Shown here: positions 30,159 to 37,885 of the stretch, one piece after another
How positions within the stretch are numbered: position 1 is the stretch's first letter
Layout: every line of letters begins with the position of its first letter
Assembly: GCA_029262775.1 (NCBI GenBank)
Contig: JAJCYR010000091.1
Span: 26,080 to 90,079 of the forward strand
Source of the DNA: Bacteroidota bacterium
Lineage (GTDB): Bacteria; Bacteroidota; Rhodothermia; Rhodothermales; UBA10348
Direction: 5' to 3'
DNA: 64,000 nt
Made by a program: the position numbers and the translations under genes
Notes under the pieces: generated by a model
The model's input: only the letters and a program-made list of their open reading frames with translations
What the model was told of the DNA's origin: nothing
The model's database searches: none

Positions 30159-30530
30159 TTATCTGCGGGTTTTGACGCGGCTCCAGAAGTAGACGACCAG
30201 CAGCGCTGCGGCGGTTGCCTGAAGTAGCGATGAGGCCACGAGCAGACTTCCCCAGGGGTCGATGTGGGCCCGAGGCTCAGACGGAATGCGCAGTATAAGC
30301 CCGGCGTTGAGAAGCCCCCAGGCCGCACCCACCAAGTGGTGATGGCCGTAGGGAGATTCCTTCGAGTACCGCGGGAACAGCCAGTAGGCCACGCCGAAAA
30401 TGAGCTGGGTCAGCCATCCGACCGTGAGCACGTGGAATACGGCCGGATGGGACCAGAAGACGCCCATGACAAGACCGGCGAACAGGTGAATGAACGCGGT
30501 TTTGATGAAGAGCCTGCTCAGGAGCGGCAT
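30159..30530 (-). CDS. Small 4-TM heme-copper-oxidase-homology membrane protein
   Basis: HVLTVGWLTQLIFGVAYWLFPR motif; directly downstream of nirK. Confidence 0.75.
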   Translation of the reverse strand: MPLLSRLFIKTAFIHLFAGLVMGVFWSHPAVFHVLTVGWLTQLIFGVAYWLFPRYSKESPYGHHHLVGAAWGLLNAGLILRIPSEPRAHIDPWGSLLVASSLLQATAAALLVVYFWSRVKTRR

Positions 30531-30558
30531 GACGTGCGGGGGTAATGCGTGGGCCTGG

Positions 30559-31968
30559 TCAGTGCTCGCTACGGGCCTTGCTCACGTCCATCGGGCTGAT
30601 CTCGGGACCGTCATTACCCCACGAGTTCAGAACGAAGGTCACAACGGCAGCCACTTCAGCGTCCGAGAGGCGCACGGCCGGCATGACGCCGTTGTAGGTC
30701 TCGCCGTTAACGACAATCTCTCCGGAGAGCCCATGTACGACGGCATTCACGGCCCGAAAAGGGTCGTCAAGAAGGTAGTCTGAGCCTGCGAGTGGTGGGA
30801 ACGAACCCCGAAGCCCCTGACCATCCGGCTGATGACAGGCGGCGCAGTTCGATGTGAAAATACGTGCTCCGGCCACCATCGGGTCTTCGATTTCGGCGTC
30901 GGGCGCCTCGGTCAACGGAACATTCTGGATGCCACCACCTTCGGGCAGGTAGACCGTCTCCTCCTGCAGCCCGGAGTAGATGGCCTCGTTCTCTTCCCCC
31001 GCAACCACGAGGCTGCCGAGCGCCCCCTTGTTGAAGGCGCGGAAAATGGCATGGTCCACCAGGATCAGGTTGCCCGGCACATCTACGCCGAACTCTACTA
31101 TGGCTGCGCCGCCGGCAGGCACGAGCGTCGTCTGGACGTTGTGCTGTGAGACGAGCGTGCCACCCTCCTGGTAGACGTTGTCGAAAATTTCCCCAATCAC
31201 GTGGAACGAGGAGATAAGGTTGGGACCACCGTTGCCCACGAACAGGCGTACGGTTTCCCCCACGTTGGCAGCGAGCGCATGCTCGCCCGCGAGTGCGCCG
31301 ACCGCGCCGTTGAAAACCACATAATCGGCATCTTCCTCAATGGCTTTGCCCATGTCGAACGGCTGCAGGCCCGGATCGCCGTAGTCGCCCCTCGTGTAGA
31401 ACTCGCTCTGCATTACATAATACTCACGGTCCACAGCAGGCAGCCCTTCTTTGGGCTCGACCAGAATGAGCCCATACATGCCGTTGGATATGTGCATACC
31501 GACAGGAGCCGTGGCGCAGTGGTACACAAATAGGCCCGGGTTGAGCGCGGTGAAGGAGAACGTGGTACCCGTCCCGGGAGCCGTGAACGATGCGGCAGCT
31601 CCCCCACCGGGACCCGTAACCGCATGCAGGTCAATGTTATGCGGCATTTTGCTGGTTGGGTGGTTGTTCAGGTGAAATTCGACCAGATCTCCTTCGCGTA
31701 CGCGGATGAACGATCCCGGCACATCGCCACCGAAGGTCCAGAACTCATATTCGACGCCATCGGAGAGTCGTCCTTTTTTTTCGACGGTTTCCAGTTCCAC
31801 TATCACCTTGGTGGGGTAATCCCGCGTAAGGGGCGGCGGAACGTTTGGTGCAGCGGTCAGGACGGCCTTTTCCTCGCCCTGGATGGTATTGGGCGCACAA
31901 TTCAGGTTGACGAGTGAGGCCGACACAAGACACAGGATAGGCAGGGATGGGCGCAGGAGAGCAGACAT
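30559..31968 (-). CDS. nirK: Copper-containing nitrite reductase with C-terminal cytochrome c domain
   Basis: [45 protein letters not shown]; C-terminal CAACH...GVMP. Confidence 0.95.
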   Translation of the reverse strand: MSALLRPSLPILCLVSASLVNLNCAPNTIQGEEKAVLTAAPNVPPPLTRDYPTKVIVELETVEKKGRLSDGVEYEFWTFGGDVPGSFIRVREGDLVEFHLNNHPTSKMPHNIDLHAVTGPGGGAAASFTAPGTGTTFSFTALNPGLFVYHCATAPVGMHISNGMYGLILVEPKEGLPAVDREYYVMQSEFYTRGDYGDPGLQPFDMGKAIEEDADYVVFNGAVGALAGEHALAANVGETVRLFVGNGGPNLISSFHVIGEIFDNVYQEGGTLVSQHNVQTTLVPAGGAAIVEFGVDVPGNLILVDHAIFRAFNKGALGSLVVAGEENEAIYSGLQEETVYLPEGGGIQNVPLTEAPDAEIEDPMVAGARIFTSNCAACHQPDGQGLRGSFPPLAGSDYLLDDPFRAVNAVVHGLSGEIVVNGETYNGVMPAVRLSDAEVAAVVTFVLNSWGNDGPEISPMDVSKARSEH

Positions 31969-31981
31969 GGTAGGCGGGTAC

Positions 31982-32021
31982 GTGGTGGAGTGGTGGAGTG
32001 GTGGAGTGGTAGAGTGGTAGA
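31982..32021. repeat. 8-bp tandem repeat (GTGGTGGA / GTGGTAGA x~5) upstream of nirK
   Basis: gtggtgga gtggtgga gtggtgga gtggtaga gtggtaga. Confidence 0.8.
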
Positions 32022-32114
32022 CGCCAAGTCTACACCATGGCACAGCGCACGTGCAAGAAACCAAATAATATTATCTCGTTTGCCGGTCCGAAATCCATTT
32101 TTCGCATGAATTAT

Positions 32115-32137
32115 ATAAAGACTTAATACTCTTTTGT
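32115..32137. promoter_or_regulatory. Candidate NO-responsive (Rrf2-type) operator in the nirK/eNOR divergent promoter
   Basis: ATAAAGACTTAATACTCTTTTGT, imperfect palindrome in AT-rich DNA; 16/23 identical to the motif upstream of ric. Confidence 0.55.
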
Positions 32138-32189
32138 ATATAATACAGATGGATCCCTGCTCAACGCCGACATCAACCCACATACACCC

Positions 32190-32348
32190 ATGTCTGAACC
32201 CTTTGAATCGCCGGAAAACGAACGCCCCTGGCAGGTCGAGCTCTTTGACAGTATCTGGCTCCTTGCCGGCGCGGCCATCGTGTTCTTCGTGCTCTCCTAC
32301 ATCGTGTGGGGGCTCGTCGATATTCTCACTATCCCTACTGGAGGTTGA
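32190..32348 (+). CDS. 52-aa single-TM protein, probable small subunit of the heme-copper enzyme
   Basis: MSEPFESPENERPWQVELFDSIWLLAGAAIVFFVLSYIVWGLVDILTIPTGG; stop 2 bp before the subunit II ATG; not in the ORF track. Confidence 0.75.
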   Translation: MSEPFESPENERPWQVELFDSIWLLAGAAIVFFVLSYIVWGLVDILTIPTGG

Positions 32349-32350
32349 TC

Positions 32351-32890
32351 ATGAGCTCACCACTTCACTCCCCCCAGGGCAACTGGTGGATTGCAGGCGT
32401 ATCGGTGCTCGAAAAGACCTGGATCCGGATCAGTGTTGTCTGGTGCCTTCTCCTGTTCGCATCCATGATCGTGTGGGCCTCCTATGGCAAGCAGAACCAG
32501 GCCGGACCGACCTACCGCGTCTCCACGGCCGAGTTCATGCAGAAGGTGCAGGATTTCAAGAAGGCCGGTACGCAGACGGAAGACGGTATCATCCCTGCCG
32601 ACGAGCATGTATATGTAGCGGCGGCACGATTTTCGTTCGACGGATTTCCTGTCGTACTCGAAGCCGGAAAGCAGTACCAGGTGCACATGAGCAGCTATGA
32701 TGTACAGCACGGACTCTCCATCCGGCCCGAACATGCGCTCAGCAAGCAGATGTCGCTTCAACTCCTGCCCGATTACGAATGGGTCCTGCCCATGAAGTTC
32801 GACGAACCGGGCGTGTATCACGTGGTCTGCAACGAATTCTGTGGTGTCGGCCATCGGACCATGCACGGCTCATTCATCGTGCGGAGGTAA
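32351..32890 (+). CDS. CuA-containing heme-copper oxidoreductase subunit II
   Basis: One TM, DVQHG and CNEFCGVGHRTM CuA ligands; GGAGG RBS before ATG 32351. Confidence 0.92.
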   Translation: MSSPLHSPQGNWWIAGVSVLEKTWIRISVVWCLLLFASMIVWASYGKQNQAGPTYRVSTAEFMQKVQDFKKAGTQTEDGIIPADEHVYVAAARFSFDGFPVVLEAGKQYQVHMSSYDVQHGLSIRPEHALSKQMSLQLLPDYEWVLPMKFDEPGVYHVVCNEFCGVGHRTMHGSFIVRR

Positions 32891-32893
32891 CCC

Positions 32894-34600
32894 ATGATCA
32901 AAGAACTGTTTACCAACGACTACGGGCCTGACGGATTTCGCACCTGCTCCGTGACGGGCATGAAAATTGACCGCACGGCCGAGAACTTCGTCAAGATATT
33001 CGGCCTGACGGCCGTTGTCGCCCTCGTACTGGGAGGGCTTTCCGCGATCCTTGTCGTGCTGACCCGCTGGGAAGTGGTCGGACTGCTGCAGCCCGCCTCC
33101 TTCTACAATTGGCTCAGCGTGCACGCATGGAATCTGCTCATCTTCTGGATGGTCTTCATGGAAGTGGCCATCCTGTATGTGGGCGGTCCTATGGTGCTGG
33201 GACGCAGGTTACCCGCTCCAAAGCTCGCCTTGATCGGTTATGTGCTCATGCTCGGCTCGGCCGTTGCAATCAACTGGGCCATCATGACGACGTCGGCCCC
33301 GGATCATGCGCCCGTCCTGACATCGTATGCGCCACTGCCGTCCTCTGAATGGTTTTATCTCGGCGTCATTGTCTTCATTCTGGGTACGGTGATTGCAGCC
33401 CTGCCCTTCTTTGTCGCCATTTGGCAGGAAAAAATCCAGCATCCGAACAAAAGTCTACCACTCGTTGCGTTTGGCGCCTTCATTACGGCCATCATCGCCG
33501 TGGAGGCACTCCTGGGTGGATTGATCACCTACGTTCCGACGTATATGTGGCGGATTGGTCTGCTCGAGCACATCGATGCCGCCTGGTACCGACAGATGTA
33601 TTGGATCATTGGTCATGGAACCCAGCAGATCAATCTTGCCGCGATGATCACGGTATGGTACTTCCTGACCCACGTGGTGGGCGGCGCCGAGGTGGTGAGT
33701 GAGAAAGTCTCGCGCTCCGCCTTCATTCTGTATCTCTTCTTCATCAACATGGGCGCCGCACACCACCTCATGGCCGACCCCGCGCTTGCCGCCAGTTGGA
33801 AGGTGTGGAATACGTCCTACGCGGTCTATGGCGCCGTGCTGGCAAGCATGATCCATGCGTTCGCCATTCCAGCCGGTCTTGAAGCAGGTCGCCGCAAGCG
33901 GGGTGCCGGTAAGAGCCTGTTCGGATGGCTATGGTCGGCACCCTGGAGCAACCCGGTGTTCTCGGCCGTCATCTTCTCCATCGTGCTGTTTGGCTTCATG
34001 GGAGGCATTACGGGGGTTCTGATGGGTCAAATGCAGCTCAACCTGGCCTGGCACAACACGTGGGCCACGGTGGGCCACTTCCATGCCACGGTCGTGCTTG
34101 GAACCACCATGACGTTCATGGGGCTGGTGTTTTTTGTCATCCAGACCATGTTCAAGAAGGAGCTGATCCTGGCACCCCTCGCCCGTATCCAGCCCTGGTT
34201 CTATTCCGGATTCATGGCACTGGCCACACTCATGATGATGTACCTCGGAATCCTGTACGGCATTCCGCGGCGTCATCCGTCGGTCATGAACATCCCGGGC
34301 ACGGACTTCAACTTCGCGGCTGCGGAGCCTCTTTTCGTAATATTCGGTATTGCGGCGCTGTTGGCTATCGTTGGGGGCATCCTGTTCGCCGTTATCTCCG
34401 TCGGATCGCTGCTCTTCGGTCGGAAACTCGAACCATCGACCGTATTCAGACCGCTCCATTCCTGGCACGGTGACGGAAACCCCGTACACCTGCAGTCCAT
34501 GCGAGGCACATTCATGTTCACACTCATTTTCCTGGCCGTGTTCGTGATTGCCTACATACTGAACTGGTACCTGCTGTCGCGTCTGTGGGAAATCGGGTAA
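32894..34600 (+). CDS. Heme-copper superfamily subunit I, B-family-derived nitric oxide reductase (eNOR-type)
   Basis: Six His ligands (SVHAW, GHGTQQ, AHHL, GHFHA), GIPRR; Gln at the H+4 cross-link Tyr position; divergent from nirK. Confidence 0.85.
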   Translation: MIKELFTNDYGPDGFRTCSVTGMKIDRTAENFVKIFGLTAVVALVLGGLSAILVVLTRWEVVGLLQPASFYNWLSVHAWNLLIFWMVFMEVAILYVGGPMVLGRRLPAPKLALIGYVLMLGSAVAINWAIMTTSAPDHAPVLTSYAPLPSSEWFYLGVIVFILGTVIAALPFFVAIWQEKIQHPNKSLPLVAFGAFITAIIAVEALLGGLITYVPTYMWRIGLLEHIDAAWYRQMYWIIGHGTQQINLAAMITVWYFLTHVVGGAEVVSEKVSRSAFILYLFFINMGAAHHLMADPALAASWKVWNTSYAVYGAVLASMIHAFAIPAGLEAGRRKRGAGKSLFGWLWSAPWSNPVFSAVIFSIVLFGFMGGITGVLMGQMQLNLAWHNTWATVGHFHATVVLGTTMTFMGLVFFVIQTMFKKELILAPLARIQPWFYSGFMALATLMMMYLGILYGIPRRHPSVMNIPGTDFNFAAAEPLFVIFGIAALLAIVGGILFAVISVGSLLFGRKLEPSTVFRPLHSWHGDGNPVHLQSMRGTFMFTLIFLAVFVIAYILNWYLLSRLWEIG

Positions 34601-34607
34601 CAACAGA

Positions 34608-35372
34608 ATGACGTTCATTGAGCAGTCCATGCATATTGAACGCTCGGTCGACCGACCCCGAAACAAACCTCGCCACCAGCCAGGCCAGCGAAAGAAACAC
34701 GGGGCCCTGAAATCCCTGTGGCTGGCCTACAAGGCCCTCTACTACGCCAGCACGCCATCCTGGCGGTTCATGAAAAGCGGAGCCCTTTTTCTGTTCGGGT
34801 TCTTCTGTTGGTCAGCAGGCAACCTCCTGCTATCCTATGAGCCCTCATGGACGTGGGTCCAGTTCATTGCAGCGTATGGCTTTCTGGTCATCATTTGGGG
34901 TCCCACTACGCATTTGCTGCTCGTCCCCATTGTGACGCCATACATGAGACGATGCTTCGATTCGAACCCCGGGAAATGGTTGGCCAAACACCTCTCGCTG
35001 GTCAATTTCCTTGTGTTCATGGTGCATGTCATTCTGTTCGGGTTGTATCCACCCGAGCATGTGCTCTTCGAATTTGGCACGATTGCGAGCAGTAATCCCG
35101 AGGTCGATGTCAACCCCACACTCGATTGCGGCAGGAACCGGGACGCCGCGCGCCTGACCTGCACGGTGAGTCCCGGGGACGGGATAGGACGGCTGGAAAT
35201 TGAAACAGCCGGAAAGCCGCTCAGTCGCCTCGATGAGGCACCGTGGACGTTCACGCTGCGGGAACAGGACCTGGCGCGCGTGGTCGGACAACAACAGTTC
35301 GAAGTGCTGGTCATGACACCCGGCGGCAACGTGATCCGCAGTTACACCAAATACGTGGCGACCATTCCCTGA
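34608..35372 (+). CDS. Hypothetical membrane protein (3 TM plus soluble C-terminal domain) in the eNOR operon
   Basis: 7 bp after subunit I; YYASTPSWRFMKSGALFLFGFF segment; stop overlaps the next start. Confidence 0.7.
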   Translation: MTFIEQSMHIERSVDRPRNKPRHQPGQRKKHGALKSLWLAYKALYYASTPSWRFMKSGALFLFGFFCWSAGNLLLSYEPSWTWVQFIAAYGFLVIIWGPTTHLLLVPIVTPYMRRCFDSNPGKWLAKHLSLVNFLVFMVHVILFGLYPPEHVLFEFGTIASSNPEVDVNPTLDCGRNRDAARLTCTVSPGDGIGRLEIETAGKPLSRLDEAPWTFTLREQDLARVVGQQQFEVLVMTPGGNVIRSYTKYVATIP

Positions 35373-36595
35373 TGTACACCGTCGAAAAACGCGTGTGGAT
35401 GGGGGCCATCGCGTGTTTCATCCTGGCCGCCGGAACCGGATTCTTTTTCCGCAGCATACAGTTTCTGGGCATTCCAGCCGAGTTTCCGTGGCCGGGAGGA
35501 GCCGTACCACTCGACATGGGCCACATCCGGCACGCACATACCCACGTCATGTACTTCGGGTGGGTGACGCCCGTTGTCATGCTCCTCATGCTCCCTGAAC
35601 CGGCGAGGTACGGCCGCCACATCATGGTGCTTCTGGTACTGGCCGTGCTGGCCTGGGCACCCTTCCTGCTGCTGGGCTACAAGCCCCTCTCTATCGTGCT
35701 TTCGACTTCCACCATGCTGACCTGGTACGCATTCGGTATCCGGTACCTGCGGGACCGCTGGCGTGGGAAATTGTCGCCACAAGGTGGGCCATCGACCGCG
35801 GAAGACGCTGGCGGCATTCCTCGCCGCGACGTCCGCCACATGCACGACGCCGCCCTGATGCTGCTCATCGTCGCATCAATGGGTGCATGGGGCCTCGGAA
35901 TGACCATGGCGATGGGGCTGGACCACTCGCTGGCGTACGAGCTTTCGCTGCACGTTTTCCTGGATTTATTCGCCGAGGGGTGGCTCATGCTGAGCGTCCT
36001 GGCGGCCATGCTCCGCTCGGCCCACCGGTCCATTCCCCGGCATGCCTTCTGGCTTCTTGTGGCCGGTATTCCCACGCTTTTCCTACTGGGGGTTGCGCCC
36101 GAACGCCTTCCGTGGGCTCTTCGGCTGGTGGGTAGTTTGGGAGCGCTCCTTACGGTGGCTGGACTGTGGCTCGTCCTGCGGACGGTTCGTACGCGACTGC
36201 ACCGGGTATGGACATTGCCGGTGACGCTCATGTACGTAAAAATTGTCGTACACGTGGGACTCGCCATTCCTCAGATCGCATCGTGGGGCCTGACGGCCGG
36301 ACTCCGCATTCCATGGCTCCACCTGGTGCTACTCGGAATTGTCACAACGGGCCTCGTGGCCGCGGTGCACGACCGCTTCGGCAGCAGATGGACACGCGGC
36401 TGGCCCACCTTGCAGATCTCGATCATACTCGTCCTCATGAGCCTCTTCCTACTGACCGGGCTCTGGCCCGAGAGCCTGCGGGGGACCTGGGCAGGCCCTG
36501 TCGTTGCCGGGATTGCCCTGCTTCCACTCATTGCCATGACCCGTATGCTGGTAGCCACACTTTGTCTCCCAACTACGCCACCCCACAGGTGTTGA
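35372..36595 (+). CDS. ~12-TM heme-copper-oxidase-homology (NnrS-like) membrane protein
   Basis: Three His repeats: HAHTHVMYFGW, HVFLDLFAEGW, HLVLLG; TGATG translational coupling. Confidence 0.65.
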   Translation: MYTVEKRVWMGAIACFILAAGTGFFFRSIQFLGIPAEFPWPGGAVPLDMGHIRHAHTHVMYFGWVTPVVMLLMLPEPARYGRHIMVLLVLAVLAWAPFLLLGYKPLSIVLSTSTMLTWYAFGIRYLRDRWRGKLSPQGGPSTAEDAGGIPRRDVRHMHDAALMLLIVASMGAWGLGMTMAMGLDHSLAYELSLHVFLDLFAEGWLMLSVLAAMLRSAHRSIPRHAFWLLVAGIPTLFLLGVAPERLPWALRLVGSLGALLTVAGLWLVLRTVRTRLHRVWTLPVTLMYVKIVVHVGLAIPQIASWGLTAGLRIPWLHLVLLGIVTTGLVAAVHDRFGSRWTRGWPTLQISIILVLMSLFLLTGLWPESLRGTWAGPVVAGIALLPLIAMTRMLVATLCLPTTPPHRC

Positions 36596-36659
36596 TCTGG
36601 GCCTCTCGAACGGAGGAGTTACGGGTTGGAGCGGGCCGCGAGCCAGCGGAGGTACACCT

Positions 36660-36697
36660 TGTGGAGTTCCATGGTTACAACCACGGTCAACTCCACA
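36660..36697. repeat. Long imperfect palindrome at the end of the P-type ATPase remnant
   Basis: TGTGGAGTT-CCATGGTT-AC-AACCACGG-TC-AACTCCACA. Confidence 0.6.
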
Positions 36698-36699
36698 CC

Positions 36700-36999
36700 C
36701 AGGAGCAGATGCTGGAAAGCCTGACTACTTTTCTCAGCCATTCATTCCTGCACGCCGCCGATCAGGGCATTGAGACCCACCACCACCCCAATGAAACCGG
36801 CATCGTGGACGTGCCCAATCAGAACGGACACGACCGCTGCCGCTGCCAGGATGTAAATGAGTGGGCTTCGGAGCTGCCGGAGCCCGACCTGCCACCATGA
36901 GGGCAGCGGTTTTTCCGGGAGCACGTTGGGGCCATGGAGCGCGAGCAGTGTGCGTGCTTCCGCGCTTGTCAGGCCGTCGTGCACAGCATCATTGGGCAA
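36700..36999 (-). pseudogene. N-terminal remnant of a cation-transporting P-type ATPase
   Basis: GLTSAEA...HGPNVLPE...RQLRSPLIYILAAA...LNALIGGVQE*MAEKSSQAF; in-frame TGA and the rest of the gene missing. Confidence 0.8.
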
Positions 37000-37741
37000 G
37001 GAAGCCACCATCCACTGGGTAGTAGGATCCGGTCACAAAACTGGCTTCGGGAGACGTAAGCCAGTAGACCAGTTCAGCGACTTCGTGGGGCTTGCCCAGC
37101 CGTCCCACGGCGTGCAGCCCGGTCAGCATCTGATGCATGTCTGGATCGTTCTCGAAGTCCGAAATCATGGGCGTGCTTATGAACGCAGGACCCACCGAGT
37201 TGACCCTGATACCTTGTTCGCCGTATTCGAGGGCCGTCGCTTTGGTCAGCCCGACGACGCCGTGCTTGGCCGCCGTATAGGCCGGGGCTCCGGCAAACCC
37301 AACCGCGCCCAGGATGGACGCCATGTTGACAATCGATCCACCGCCGCTTCGGAGCATGGCAGGAATCTGATACTTCATGCCGTAGAAGACACCTGACAGG
37401 TTGATGGCAATGACGTCGTTCCAGGCATCTACCGGATACTCCGCCGTCGGATGCAGCTCGCCTCCGATTCCGGCGTTGTTGCACGCCATATCCAGTCGTC
37501 CAAAGTGCGTCAGTGCCTCCTCCACAGTCCGCTCGCAGTCTTCGGGCCTCGACACGTCGGCCTTCACGAACACCGCCTCCCCGCCGCTTATGCGCAGCGC
37601 TTCGGCCAGCGATTCACCAGCCTTTTCATTCACGTCGCTCAGCACGACGGCCGAGCAGCGCGATACGTACAGTTCAGCAATGGCGCGTCCAATTCCGGAT
37701 GCGGCGCCAGTAACCAAGGCAACTCTTCGTTCGGTGTTCAT
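36989..37741 (-). CDS. SDR family NAD(P)-dependent oxidoreductase
   Basis: TGAASGIG, NNAG, YTAAK, IRVNSVGP, VDGG. Confidence 0.95.
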   Translation of the reverse strand: MNTERRVALVTGAASGIGRAIAELYVSRCSAVVLSDVNEKAGESLAEALRISGGEAVFVKADVSRPEDCERTVEEALTHFGRLDMACNNAGIGGELHPTAEYPVDAWNDVIAINLSGVFYGMKYQIPAMLRSGGGSIVNMASILGAVGFAGAPAYTAAKHGVVGLTKATALEYGEQGIRVNSVGPAFISTPMISDFENDPDMHQMLTGLHAVGRLGKPHEVAELVYWLTSPEASFVTGSYYPVDGGFLAQ

Positions 37742-37885
37742 GACAGGCCTCCAATCGTGGGTGGTCTGCCATGTTATACGGCGAGGCGGAACAGACGTTG
37801 TTCATATTCAGGCCGGGAATCCCCGCTTCCGAATGCAGGGAATCGCCCGGCGAACGGTCGTCGGTCCCAGCCGCGCCGCCGCGGG

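Noticed and set aside
32134-32700. 188-aa ORF in the track
   Set aside because: Low-plausibility sequence overlapping the better-supported 52-aa ORF and subunit II
32894-34600. Ordinary cytochrome c oxidase (ba3/cbb3) or cNOR/qNOR call
   Set aside because: No cross-link Tyr in helix VI, no HLWVEG-type NorB motif, and the partner subunit carries CuA rather than heme c
36742-36744. TGA recoding (Trp or Sec) in the P-type ATPase fragment
   Set aside because: TGA ends many intact genes here and the rest of the ATPase is missing, so it is a nonsense mutation in a pseudogene
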